The notes: a model not told the origin generated them from the sequence alone. Positions 18,178 through 27,858 are shown, numbered from the stretch's first letter. The stretch is DNA of 58,254 nucleotides from an uncultured Gemmatimonadaceae bacterium (GCA_964430275.1 CAYSGF010000215.1:1-58254); one strand, 5' to 3'. Program-made: numbers and translations.

Positions 18178-19509
18178 TCAGGTCGCCGGCTTGGTCGGCC
18201 CGTTGTCCCAGTCCTGCACGCTCGAGATGTTCGGCACGCCATAGTCTGCGCCGTTCCAGCCGTCGAAGCCTTCCATCCGCATGGTCCAGAAGCCGGTGCT
18301 CATGTCGCTCACGACGATGAGGCCGTCGGCATTGCGGACGTCCACGCCAAAGGCACCATTGCATTTCTTGTCGGAGCACATGCCGACGCCCGGCTCGCCG
18401 AGGTAGGTGTCCCAGTGGCCGACGCTCTTCGGGTCGGTCGGGTCGCTCATGTCGAACACGTGCATGCCGTCCTCGTAACCTGAAACGAAGACGTACGGCC
18501 AGCGGACCTCGTGGTTGTGAACGAGATTCTTCCAGTTCGCCGTCCACGCGCCGACCGGGTTGCTGATCACCTTCGTCTGTCCGGTCTGTCCGGGCTGCAG
18601 GTCGAAGATACGCAGCGGCTGGTACTGGTACTCGACTTCCGCGACGGCGTACTTGCCGTCGGGTGTGGGCGTGAAGGTGTGTCCCCACGGAATTGTCGGA
18701 TTGCCGGCGATCGAGAACAGGTGAGCGGGCCGCTCGGGCGCGCTGATGTCGTAGATGTGATAGCCGCCGGCGCCGCCGCCATAGAACTTGTCCTGCCCGG
18801 TCGCGGGATCATAGGCGGCGTACATGTCGTGGTAGCCGAAATTCGGCATCTGCTCGGAGATGCCTTCCGGCACCGGTACACGGCCGGCGGCGCCATCCCC
18901 GCCCGCGACGACCCTGCGCATGTCGTAGATGGCAGCGTACGGTCCGCTCGTCGTCGTGATCAGGAGCGGACGGCCGTCGGAGTGCTTGTACATGAAGATG
19001 TTGTGGAAGCCGCCGGGCGTTTCCGGGGCACGGATGCGGGCGACTTCGCGAACCTTGCTCACATCGGGCAGGTCCGTGACGTCGAAGACGACGGCGCCGA
19101 GATCATTGTCCGGGCCGCCCTGCTGAAACTGCGTCGACTGCACGTAGTACCAGCGCCCGCCGTCCTTGAACAACTTCCCGTCCATCATGCCGGTGCCGGT
19201 GTGCAGCTCCGCGTCGTCGATGCGCCAGGAGTGGAGCACGCTGGCGTTCGCCGGATCGCGGATGTCGATGATGTCGAAGCCGTGCACGAACATGCGCCCG
19301 ACGTAGGCGTACGGCCGGTTCAGGTCCTGCTCGAGCTCGATGTCCGAGACCGAGAGCGGATCACCGAGCTCGACGTGAGCGAGCACCTCGATGTTCTCGG
19401 TGTGTACGGGCGCGTCATCGGCCGCCGTCTGCGCGTGTGCGCCGGCAGCGACCACCAGGAACGCGCTCGCCATGATGGTGGCGAAGCTGCGTCGGAGGAG
19501 TGCCGTCAT
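18178..19509 (-). CDS. Secreted LVIVD-repeat (beta-propeller) protein
   Basis: Signal peptide ending AHA-Q. Repeats GFDIIDIRDP, VFDVTDLP, IYDISAPERP and HVFDMSDPTDP, with conserved-looking His motifs (FHNI, YHDM, GHTF, VHNHEV). Confidence 0.8.
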   Translation of the reverse strand: MTALLRRSFATIMASAFLVVAAGAHAQTAADDAPVHTENIEVLAHVELGDPLSVSDIELEQDLNRPYAYVGRMFVHGFDIIDIRDPANASVLHSWRIDDAELHTGTGMMDGKLFKDGGRWYYVQSTQFQQGGPDNDLGAVVFDVTDLPDVSKVREVARIRAPETPGGFHNIFMYKHSDGRPLLITTTSGPYAAIYDMRRVVAGGDGAAGRVPVPEGISEQMPNFGYHDMYAAYDPATGQDKFYGGGAGGYHIYDISAPERPAHLFSIAGNPTIPWGHTFTPTPDGKYAVAEVEYQYQPLRIFDLQPGQTGQTKVISNPVGAWTANWKNLVHNHEVRWPYVFVSGYEDGMHVFDMSDPTDPKSVGHWDTYLGEPGVGMCSDKKCNGAFGVDVRNADGLIVVSDMSTGFWTMRMEGFDGWNGADYGVPNISSVQDWDNGPTKPAT

Positions 19510-19523
19510 CGCTGAGTCCTTGG

Positions 19524-21275
19524 TCAGGGGTCCACGTGGAAGACGAGCTGCATGCCCGTCTCGAGATGCTCGGAGATATGACAGTGCAGCATCCAGTCGC
19601 CGGGATTCGACATCTCGACGAGCAGGTCGACGGTGGATCCGAGCGGGATCACCGCCGTGTCCTTCCATACGAAGTTCGTGTTCCGCACGCCGTCCCGTTC
19701 CAGCACGAGGAATCGCTGGCCGTGCAGATGGATCGGGTGGTGCATCGGGTGCAGGTTCGTCGGCTTGTTGTGGATGCGCAGCTTGACGACGTCGCCGACC
19801 TCGAAGCTCCAGTCGATCGCGCGGTTCTCGAGGCCGGTCGCCACGTCACGGATGAACCAGCGCACGTCCGCGCCGGTCGCGACGTAGTTCATCTCCGGCA
19901 TCGCGTCGCTCCACTCCAGCGGATGGTAGTAGAACGTATCGAGCGCCATCATCTGGAGGATCGGGATCGGGAGTGACCCGATGTCGACGCCGAGCTCGAT
20001 CTCGTGATCGACCGGCCGGTCGAACTCGGGCCGGTATGCATCGATCTCCGCCGACACGTCCGCATGCGCGCGCAGGGTCTCGAACACGTCACGATGGCTC
20101 TGCGCGGTCGGTTCCTCGTTCACGGTGATCACGCCGAGTGTGTCGACGACGGGCACGAAGACGCCGCGGTAATGGTCGATCGCCTGGATCCGGTTCGTCA
20201 TGGTGACCGTGCCGGTATCCTCGAAGAGGACCTCGATGATGTAACGTTCGGCGGGCGCGATCACGACGCTTTCGATCATGGCCTCGCGCTCGTAGCGGCC
20301 GACGTCGGAGCCGACGACCTTCGCGCGGGCGCCGTCGAAGGAGAGATTGAACACCCGCGTGTTGGACGCATTCGTCAGGAAGAACCGGACGACGTCCCCG
20401 CGCCGCACCTCCGTGCTCCAGTCCGCCTCGCCGTTCACGAGCATGACATTGCCGAAGCGTCCCATGAGCGCGTGCGTCGCGCGCTCCTCTCCGTACGGAA
20501 ACAGACCGGCCTCGTCGATGAGGATGTCATCGAGCATGAGCACTTCCTCGGCATTCACCGGATTGTAGTAATCCGGATCGGGCGAGGTGACCATCATGTT
20601 GCCGTAGAGACCGAGGTCCTGCGTGATGTCCTCGCGGTGGTGCGGGTGGTACCAGTAGATGCCTGCGTCCCGGAAGTGCACTTCGTACGTGAAGCTGTCC
20701 CCCGGCTCGACCGGCTCCTGCGTCACGTGCGGCACGCCGTCGAAACGGTTGTCGAGGCGTACGCCGTGCCAGTGCACGGCGGTCGGGAGCGCCGTTTCGT
20801 TGCGGAAGCGCACGATGATCGTGGCATTCTGCGGTGCGCGGATGAGTGGTCCGGGGTACTGGCCGTTGAAGCCGTACATCACGAGAGTACGGCCGTTGAT
20901 CGCGCGGCGCACGAGTCCGGCTACGAGGTCGAGCGTATCCCCGTCCGCCATCTTCACGACCTCGCGGAACGCGGCGGCGGGCAGCGTCATCGGATCGATA
21001 CCGGCGCCCGGCAGGAACGGCGTCGCGTTCGGCTCGAGCGACGCCATCCCCGGCAGCATCGGCATCGTCATGTCCATGGGCGGCATGCGCCAGGCGGCCG
21101 CTTTGGCGTTCGTGCTGTCCGGAGCGTGATCCGCGTGGTGGCCGGCGTGCGGGTTCTGCGCCCGAACGGACAGCGGCGGCAGGACGAGCGCGAGCGCCAG
21201 CGCCCTCACCGCGAGCGCTCGTCCTCGCGCTCGTCCACGTTCCTTCACCACTGCGGTCCGAAGACGCCGCCGCAT
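19524..21275 (-). CDS. Multicopper oxidase (CueO/CopA/laccase-like)
   Basis: All four Cu motifs are present: HWHG, WYHPH, HPMHHPIHLHG and HCHISEHLETGM. His/Met-rich N-terminus. True start near 21275, not 22601. Confidence 0.93.
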   Translation of the reverse strand: MRRRLRTAVVKERGRARGRALAVRALALALVLPPLSVRAQNPHAGHHADHAPDSTNAKAAAWRMPPMDMTMPMLPGMASLEPNATPFLPGAGIDPMTLPAAAFREVVKMADGDTLDLVAGLVRRAINGRTLVMYGFNGQYPGPLIRAPQNATIIVRFRNETALPTAVHWHGVRLDNRFDGVPHVTQEPVEPGDSFTYEVHFRDAGIYWYHPHHREDITQDLGLYGNMMVTSPDPDYYNPVNAEEVLMLDDILIDEAGLFPYGEERATHALMGRFGNVMLVNGEADWSTEVRRGDVVRFFLTNASNTRVFNLSFDGARAKVVGSDVGRYEREAMIESVVIAPAERYIIEVLFEDTGTVTMTNRIQAIDHYRGVFVPVVDTLGVITVNEEPTAQSHRDVFETLRAHADVSAEIDAYRPEFDRPVDHEIELGVDIGSLPIPILQMMALDTFYYHPLEWSDAMPEMNYVATGADVRWFIRDVATGLENRAIDWSFEVGDVVKLRIHNKPTNLHPMHHPIHLHGQRFLVLERDGVRNTNFVWKDTAVIPLGSTVDLLVEMSNPGDWMLHCHISEHLETGMQLVFHVDP

Positions 21276-21811
21276 GACTCGCCCTGGAACGGGCCGTGGC
21301 CCGCCATGGTGTGCAGCCGGCCGCTCGGTGAGATGCCGCGCAGCAGGATGGGGCCCGTCCAGCGCTCCACATCCGGGTTCGGCTCGGCAGTGACGAACAC
21401 GAGGAACTTGTTGAAGGTGATGCGCGCCCCGCTCAGGGTGCCGTCTGCGGCCAGGACCCCGAGCTTCTGCACGCGATCGAGCTCGGGTGTCGCCGCCCAG
21501 ACCACGAGCGTCTCCGCGCGCGCGCCCAGGCCGGTGATGGCGACTGCGGCATCGTAGCGGTGATGGCCGTCCGGCGTCACCGCGACGACGAAGGGAGACT
21601 CGGCGAAGGTCAGGCGGGCGATGCCCGTGGCGCCATTCGCGTGTGCCGTCGGCACGAGGCGGACCTCGAACGGATCGGGTCCGGCAATGCAGGGCGGCAC
21701 GGCCCTGTCTGCGGCGACCGATGCCGCTGAGCACGCCACGGCAGCGACGGCTGCGGCACCTCGGAGCGCAGCCCGGCGGCCTGCGCCGCTGCGCGACGGT
21801 GGATTCTTCAT
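21245..21811 (-). CDS. Exported hypothetical protein upstream of the multicopper oxidase
   Basis: ATG 21811 with GGAA upstream. Basic/RR n-region plus hydrophobic segment, globular domain, C-terminal HTMAGH...C. Overlaps the MCO start. Confidence 0.65.
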   Translation of the reverse strand: MKNPPSRSGAGRRAALRGAAAVAAVACSAASVAADRAVPPCIAGPDPFEVRLVPTAHANGATGIARLTFAESPFVVAVTPDGHHRYDAAVAITGLGARAETLVVWAATPELDRVQKLGVLAADGTLSGARITFNKFLVFVTAEPNPDVERWTGPILLRGISPSGRLHTMAGHGPFQGESCGGVFGPQW

Positions 21812-22106
21812 TTCTGTTCCGGAAGCGGTCTCGCGAGCCCACGCGCGCGTGGGGAGCCCTCCGAGTATCGGGCATGCCGGCTCGCGGATCAACTGCACGC
21901 GGCGGAAACGCCGCCGTGATCGGGGCGTGCGTCGCCTCCGAGGGCGCGAGGCGCTGGTCACCTGGGACGAACTGCATGCGCGCGCCGCCGTACCAGCCCG
22001 TGCTGCTGCGCCGGGCGGTCCGACCGTTCAGGCTGCGGGTGGCGGCCGGCCGCGCCGACGCTACCTTGCCGTTCGCTCCAGTCAGAGCTGATCGCGAGGA
22101 GGGGAG

Positions 22107-22649
22107 ATGACTGCAGCACGCACCGATCGACCGGCGACGGGCGAGTACCATGAGTACTACGCACGCTACGTCGGGCTGGTCCCGGCAGGTGACATCGTCC
22201 GGATCCTGGAAGACCAGATCGCAGCCACCGTCGACCCACTGCGCGGTCTCGACGATGCGGGGGCCGCTCATGCCTACGCGCCGGGGAAGTGGACGGTCGC
22301 GGAAGTCGTCGGTCACCTGTGTGACGCCGAGCGCGTTTTCGCGCACCGTGCGCTGCGCTTCGGGCGCGGCGATGCGACCCCGCTTCCGGGTTTCGACGAG
22401 AACGCGTACGTGCCGGCGGGCCAGTTCACGACCCGTCCGCTCGCTCCACTCCTCGATGAGCTCATCGCCGTGCGCGCAGCGTCCGTTGCGCTCTTTGCGA
22501 ATCTGCCGGAAGCGGCCTGGACACGCACGGGCCCGGCAAACGGGATTCCGGTGAGCGTGCGCGCGCTGGCGTTCATCATTGCCGGCCACGAGCTGCATCA
22601 TCGCGCACTTCTGGCCGCACGTTACGGCGTCGGCGCACTCAGCGCCTGA
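22107..22649 (+). CDS. DinB family protein
   Basis: GAGGAGG RBS, YAPGKWTVAEVVGHL.D.ER and GHELHH (DinB His triad). Confidence 0.88.
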   Translation: MTAARTDRPATGEYHEYYARYVGLVPAGDIVRILEDQIAATVDPLRGLDDAGAAHAYAPGKWTVAEVVGHLCDAERVFAHRALRFGRGDATPLPGFDENAYVPAGQFTTRPLAPLLDELIAVRAASVALFANLPEAAWTRTGPANGIPVSVRALAFIIAGHELHHRALLAARYGVGALSA

Positions 22650-22718
22650 GCCCGCACACGTTCCACAAACGCCGCGCCGCCTGGCGGGTCTTCGCCAGAC
22701 GTGCGCGTTGCCTGCACC

Positions 22719-24206
22719 TCAGTTCCGAGCCGGCATCCCCTGGGGCGGGATCGAGTTGCGGATGAACTCCCGGATATCCTCGTTCGCGGTCGCCAGGTCC
22801 TCGCGCCGCAGGTACATCATGTGGCCGCTGCGGTATCCCTCGAAGCGCATGCGGTCGCGCAGCCGGCCACTCGGGTCGAGGTTCCACATCGTGTACTTCG
22901 CGCCGAAGTAGTCGGTACCGCCGTCGAAGTAGCCGGACTGCACCATGAGCCGGAGGAACGGATTCTCCGCCATGGCCTGCCGCAGGTTCTCGCCGGTCTC
23001 GTCATCGTCGCGGTTCCACGGATGTACCGGTCCGAAGACCCAGTACTGCAGGTCGGTCTCGTAGCCGAGGACGTCGCGCAGGTAATGGTTGATGGCGGGA
23101 GCAAACGCGTGGTTCCACGAGGTGAGCGCCGGATCGTAGTCGTAGCGTATGCCTGCGTCGCTGCGATCGACGCCACGGTAGCGCGAGTCGAGCCGGCCGA
23201 TCGTGAGGCCTTCATCGCGCAGCAGCTCCTTCCAGAAGAACGCCGTGGGTATGGCGAGATTGTGCTGGAGCACGACACGCTCGGAGAGGCCGCTGTAGCG
23301 TGCGACGTCGCGTGCGATCGCGCGTCGCGTCGCGTCATCGATCGAGCCGCCGCGGCTGAGGGCGGGGATCAACGTCTCGATCGTGAACTGCTCGACCTCG
23401 GGCAGCAGGTCGTCGAGGTCACGCTGCTGCAGCTCGGGCGCGAGCTGGCGGTGGTACCAGGCGGTTGCTGCGTAGTAGGGCAGGGTCAGGGCATCACCGA
23501 CGGGCCCGTCGCGATCGACGCCCAGCACGGTCGGCGAGACGAGCACGACGCCATTCAGGAACATCCAGTGTGAGCCCTGGAGTCTGCGCGCGAGGCCCGA
23601 CACGCGGTTCGTGCCGTAGCTCTCGCCGATCAGGAATTTCGGTGACGGCCAGCGGCCATTGCGGGACACGAAGGTGTCGATCCAGCTCGCGAGGTATGCA
23701 ATGTCCTCGTTCACGCCGAAGAACTGCTCGCGTTCCGCATCGCCCAGGATGCGCGAGAAGCCGGTGTTCACGGGATCGACGTACACGATATCGGCGACGT
23801 CCAGGATCGAGTGCTCGTTGTCCGTCACGCCGTACGGCTGCACGGGGAAGCCTTCCGCATCGATACGCAGAAAGCGCGGACCGGTATAGCCGATGTGCAT
23901 CCACACGGATGCCGAGCCCGGTCCGCCGTTGAACGAGATCACGAGCGGGCGCGTGCTGCGGTCACGCACGTCGGTGCGCTCGTAGTAGACGTAGAACACC
24001 GAGGCGATCGGCTCACCGTCCTCGTCCCAGACCGGCTGCGTTCCGGTGGTCACGCGATAGGGGATTCGCTCTCCGCCGATCGTGACAACGTCCTCCTGGG
24101 ACGTCGCGTCGTCGACCTCGGGCGCGCGCGACTGGGCGTGGAGCGCTACCGGCGGGAGCACGAAGAGGAACGCAGCTGCGGCGGCGCGGCGAACGGAGAC
24201 ACGCAT
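22719..24206 (-). CDS. Peptidase S10 (serine carboxypeptidase-like), secreted
   Basis: Signal peptide, FNGGPGSAS, DPVNTGFSR, catalytic GESYG and GHMMY. Confidence 0.9.
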   Translation of the reverse strand: MRVSVRRAAAAAFLFVLPPVALHAQSRAPEVDDATSQEDVVTIGGERIPYRVTTGTQPVWDEDGEPIASVFYVYYERTDVRDRSTRPLVISFNGGPGSASVWMHIGYTGPRFLRIDAEGFPVQPYGVTDNEHSILDVADIVYVDPVNTGFSRILGDAEREQFFGVNEDIAYLASWIDTFVSRNGRWPSPKFLIGESYGTNRVSGLARRLQGSHWMFLNGVVLVSPTVLGVDRDGPVGDALTLPYYAATAWYHRQLAPELQQRDLDDLLPEVEQFTIETLIPALSRGGSIDDATRRAIARDVARYSGLSERVVLQHNLAIPTAFFWKELLRDEGLTIGRLDSRYRGVDRSDAGIRYDYDPALTSWNHAFAPAINHYLRDVLGYETDLQYWVFGPVHPWNRDDDETGENLRQAMAENPFLRLMVQSGYFDGGTDYFGAKYTMWNLDPSGRLRDRMRFEGYRSGHMMYLRREDLATANEDIREFIRNSIPPQGMPARN

Positions 24207-24336
24207 GGTCACCTCGGGCTGGAAGCGGTATCGTGGCGGCAAGGTGTGACCGTGACCCTGCCCGGTCAAGGAGCGGATCCGGTCACCGAGCGATACGACG
24301 GACATGAAGAATCGCGACCCCCGTCCACGATGGTCC

Positions 24337-25206
24337 ATGCAACTGCGCCCGTGTGTCCTGCTGCTCGCAACTGTGCTGTGCGCATGCGCCACGGCGTCGC
24401 AGACCGAGCTCGCGGCAGTGGGTCTCGAGGTCGCATGCAGCCCGGGAGTCGACCGTGACGGTGATCAGCTCAGTGATGCATGCGAACTGGCGCTCGCCCG
24501 CGCGTTCGCCCCGCTCCTGCGGGTCGCAGCGGGGGCTTGCAACCGGGACGGCGAGCACACGGATCAACGGCTGGCGGGGGAGTACCTGTACGGCGTCCAG
24601 CCGGTAGATGGCGACACCGTCCGTGTCGTGTACCTGCCGGCATACCACCGGGACTGCGGCTGGAGCGGACGGAAGTGCAGCCTGGGCATCATGGACTGTC
24701 GGGGCCACACCGGTGATTCGGAGGTGATCGCCCTCTCCGTGCTCCCGGAGGGCGAACGCTGGCACACGACCGCGGTGTACCTGTCCGCGCACTGCTTCGG
24801 CCGCGCCTCGACCCGCTGCCGATGGTATGTTGCAGACGAGCTCGACGGATTCGAATGGGCAGGGACGCCCCGCGGTGCACCGGTCGTGTGGGTCGCCGAA
24901 GGCAAGAACGCAAACTATCCATCGCGTGCGGCGTGTGACGCCGGCCACTGGCTGTTCGACACCTGCGATCGCAATGAAGTGCGTCTCCGGTATCCCGTCG
25001 ACCCGGCACGCAACATCGGCAGCGCGGAGCACCCGCTCGGCGCGAGCGGATGTGTCACACGCGGCGATCTTGCCCGTCGCGACCCGGCCGATACGACAGC
25101 GCCCGTGGAATGCGTCTGGTCGGACGTGCCGTTCGCGGGTTGGCAGCGACCGGTGCAGGATCCCGCGACACCGTACGTGCGCTATCTACGTAGTCTGCTC
25201 CGGTAG
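24337..25206 (+). CDS. Cys-rich lipoprotein with NPP1/Vps62-like motifs
   Basis: Lipobox VLCAC, DRDGDQL..., FAPLL, GHTGDSE, VYLSAH and PVVWVAEGKNANY. About a dozen Cys in the mature part. Confidence 0.6.
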   Translation: MQLRPCVLLLATVLCACATASQTELAAVGLEVACSPGVDRDGDQLSDACELALARAFAPLLRVAAGACNRDGEHTDQRLAGEYLYGVQPVDGDTVRVVYLPAYHRDCGWSGRKCSLGIMDCRGHTGDSEVIALSVLPEGERWHTTAVYLSAHCFGRASTRCRWYVADELDGFEWAGTPRGAPVVWVAEGKNANYPSRAACDAGHWLFDTCDRNEVRLRYPVDPARNIGSAEHPLGASGCVTRGDLARRDPADTTAPVECVWSDVPFAGWQRPVQDPATPYVRYLRSLLR

Positions 25207-25214
25207 CGGAGGCC

Positions 25215-25697
25215 ATGGAAGCCCGTCGCTCGACGGGCAGGGAGCTGCGCGTGCTGAAACGAATGACTGGTGGCGTACTCCTGGCCCTCGCGGGGTTCAT
25301 GCTCCTCGGATTCCTGCGCGCCGACCTCGATACCACGCCCGTCGTGGCCGCACTGACACTGATCGTGGCCGTCGGCATTCCTGCGGCAGCCGGCGGCGTG
25401 ATGCTGGCCGGTGGTCGCAACGGCCGCCGCTCCCGCATCGCGGAACTGCGCCGGCAGACGGTAGAGGCAGAGGTGCTGCGCCTGGCGTCGGCTGGCAGCG
25501 GACGCCTGGCGGTCGTGGAGATCGTTCGCGACCTCGGCGTGAGCAGTGCAGAAGCTGAGGAGGCGCTCCAGGCACTCATGCGACGCGGCGTTGCAGACGT
25601 CGAGGTGACGCCGTCGGGCGGTATCGTCTACGCGTTCCCCGACATCCGTCTGCTGGACGAAAAATCACGCGCACGCGGGATCCTGGATGAGGACTGA
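25215..25697 (+). CDS. Two-TM membrane protein with a C-terminal winged-helix-like domain
   Basis: GGAGG RBS, two hydrophobic segments, then VEIVRDLGVSSAEAEEALQALMRRG...VTPSGGIVYAFP. Confidence 0.65.
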   Translation: MEARRSTGRELRVLKRMTGGVLLALAGFMLLGFLRADLDTTPVVAALTLIVAVGIPAAAGGVMLAGGRNGRRSRIAELRRQTVEAEVLRLASAGSGRLAVVEIVRDLGVSSAEAEEALQALMRRGVADVEVTPSGGIVYAFPDIRLLDEKSRARGILDED

Positions 25698-26346
25698 GCT
25701 CGAGACGCGGCTGCCCTGCCCCGTCTGCCTCGGCACGCGCATGGAGAAGGTGCATGTGGCGGATGAGTTCATCGCACTGGATTGCTGCCGCCGGTGCGGT
25801 GGCGTCTGGTTCGAGCAGGGTGAGGCGCAGCAGGTACGGCGTCTCAGCCCGGCCACGGTGATGGGGGGCCTGGGCGCATCGCTGGATGTGTCGCGCGCTC
25901 CGTGTCACGCGTGTCGCGCACCGGTCGCGCGCGATGCGCTCAGTTGTCCCGCCTGCGGACATCACCTGCGCCTGGCGTGCCCTGCCTGCCAGCAGGAAAT
26001 GGCTGCGGCGACGCTCGACGAGCTCCGTCTCGACGTGTGCCGCGGCTGCCATGGCGTATGGTTCGACAGACACGAGCTTGCAGCCCTCTGGAGCGAGCAG
26101 CTCGAGGTGGCACTGCGGCGCCGGCGCCGGGGCGGTGCCGGCGACCTCGGACTCCTCGAGGCCTTTGCCTACTCGCCCGATCTCGCCTTCTATGGCGCGT
26201 ATGCCGCCGGCGACATGGTCGTGAATGCGGGCACCGGCCTCGGGGAGGCCGTCGGCTCGGCCGGCGGGGTCGCGGAGGCGGTGGGCGAGGCGGCGGCGAG
26301 CGTGTTCGAGACGATTGCCGGCATCATCGCGGGCATCTTCTCCTGA
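25687..26346 (+). CDS. zf-TFIIB-type zinc-ribbon protein (two zf-TFIIB motifs flanking a double zinc ribbon)
   Basis: CPVC...LDCCRRCGGVWFEQGE, then CHAC/CPAC, then CPAC...LDVCRGCHGVWFDRHEL. Gly/Ala-rich hydrophobic tail. Confidence 0.75.
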   Translation: MRTELETRLPCPVCLGTRMEKVHVADEFIALDCCRRCGGVWFEQGEAQQVRRLSPATVMGGLGASLDVSRAPCHACRAPVARDALSCPACGHHLRLACPACQQEMAAATLDELRLDVCRGCHGVWFDRHELAALWSEQLEVALRRRRRGGAGDLGLLEAFAYSPDLAFYGAYAAGDMVVNAGTGLGEAVGSAGGVAEAVGEAAASVFETIAGIIAGIFS

Positions 26347-26434
26347 CAGAATCCCTCATTGGCGCGAATCCCGGTCCGTTCTGACGGCGGCAGTGTGCTG
26401 TCGGGCCGGAGGAAATTTCGGGATACCCGTTGCC

Positions 26435-26552
26435 GCCGAAGGGGAGCGGCGTTCAGGTATCCGCCTCGTATCCGGCGGGGGGGATCGCTCGTATCTTGCG
26501 CAGCGCTGCCACCGGAATCCGACCGGCCACCGGTCCATCGCGAACCCTGAGC
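26435..26552 (+). promoter_or_regulatory. Candidate degenerate yybP-ykoY (Mn2+) riboswitch
   Basis: In order: gaaggggagcggcg, hairpin ccgcc/ggcgg, tcgt...caccgg, hairpin gaccgg/ccggtc, gcgaaccct. It lies directly upstream of a TerC gene. The Mn-binding loop consensus is poorly matched. Confidence 0.35.
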
Positions 26553-26561
26553 TGACGAACC

Positions 26562-27332
26562 ATGGATTGGATCAGCAGTCCCGAGATGTGGATCGCCCTG
26601 GCGACCCTGACGCTGCTCGAGGTCGTGCTCGGCATCGACAACATCGTGTTCATCTCCATTCTCGCGAACAAGCTGCCGGCGGCTCAACGCAGGAAGGCGC
26701 GCCTGATCGGCCTGACGCTGGCCATGGTGATGCGCGTGCTGCTGCTGCTGTCGCTGGCATGGGTGATCCGTCTGACGGCGCCCCTGTTCGAGGTGCTGGG
26801 CCAGGAGATATCGGGGCGGGATCTGATCCTGCTGCTGGGTGGATTATTCCTGATCGGCAAGGCGACGCACGAGATTCACGACAAGCTGGAAGGGGAGGAG
26901 GGGCATGCGTCGGACAAGGTCGCGCCATCGATGACGAGTGTGCTCGTACAAATTGCGCTGCTCGACATCGTGTTCTCGCTCGATTCCGTCATCACCGCGG
27001 TGGGTATGGTGGACGAGATCGCCGTCATGATCATCGCCGTGGTAATCGCGATCGCGTTCATGATGGTCTTCGCGGGGCCAATCAGCGACTTCGTCGAGAA
27101 GCATCCGACCGTGAAGATGCTGGCGCTCAGCTTCCTCATCCTGATCGGCGTGGTGCTCATCGCCGAGGGCTTCGAGCAGCACATCTCGAAGGGGTATATC
27201 TACTTTGCCATGGGCTTCTCCATCTTCGTCGAGATGCTGAACCTGAAGCTGCGGGGCGCACGCCAGCCGATGAAGCTGCGCGATCGCTACGCGCCCGACG
27301 ATGCGGCTGCCGCCGGTCCGGGCGTTGCCTGA
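26562..27332 (+). CDS. TerC family membrane protein
   Basis: LEVVLGIDNIVFISI, GRDLILLLGGLFL..KAT.EI, DIVFSLDSVITAVG and KMLALSFLILIG. Confidence 0.92.
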   Translation: MDWISSPEMWIALATLTLLEVVLGIDNIVFISILANKLPAAQRRKARLIGLTLAMVMRVLLLLSLAWVIRLTAPLFEVLGQEISGRDLILLLGGLFLIGKATHEIHDKLEGEEGHASDKVAPSMTSVLVQIALLDIVFSLDSVITAVGMVDEIAVMIIAVVIAIAFMMVFAGPISDFVEKHPTVKMLALSFLILIGVVLIAEGFEQHISKGYIYFAMGFSIFVEMLNLKLRGARQPMKLRDRYAPDDAAAAGPGVA

Positions 27333-27494
27333 GGATGGCAATGAATGCAGACTCGCAGGACGTCCTGCCGTTGCCCGGAATCGGCGGGATCATTGCAGCG
27401 ACTCCGCCGGTACGATGATCGGCGGTACGAACGCGTACGGAACACGGCTAATGCCTTGCGCGGCAGACGTGCCGGGACCAGAGGAGGTGACCCG

Positions 27495-27854
27495 ATGAGA
27501 AAGCTCGGAGCCGTAGCGGCAGTGCTGCTCGTCCTGGTGCTCGGCGCATGCGCGAGCGGCGGCGGTAATGGTGGAGGCCGCGCGAGCGCGGAGGAAGCGA
27601 CGTACGTCGTAGTGGACAACCGCAGTCAGTACGACATGACGATCTATGTGGTGCGCGACAGCGGTCAGCGGGTGCGGATCGGGCGTGCGACGTCGGTGTC
27701 ACGGGCGCGGCTGCTCATTCCGTCCGACCTCCTGTTCGGGCCCACGTCGCTTCGGTTTCTGGCGGATCCGTTGGCCGGCGGGCGCTCACCGGTGAGCCAT
27801 CAGATCGTGATCTCGCCGGGCGAGGACATCACGCTGACGATTCCGCCGTTCTAG
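27495..27854 (+). CDS. Small lipoprotein
   Basis: Strong RBS GAGGAGGTGA 4 nt before the ATG. Lipobox LVLGAC and a beta-rich domain (VVVDNRSQYDMTIYVV). Confidence 0.8.
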   Translation: MRKLGAVAAVLLVLVLGACASGGGNGGGRASAEEATYVVVDNRSQYDMTIYVVRDSGQRVRIGRATSVSRARLLIPSDLLFGPTSLRFLADPLAGGRSPVSHQIVISPGEDITLTIPPF

Positions 27855-27858
27855 CAGG

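Noticed and set aside
21276-22601. N-terminal extension making the multicopper oxidase a 1025-aa protein
   Set aside because: The extension is R/P/G-rich nonsense that overlaps the DinB gene and the 21245-21811 gene. The signal peptide begins near 21275.
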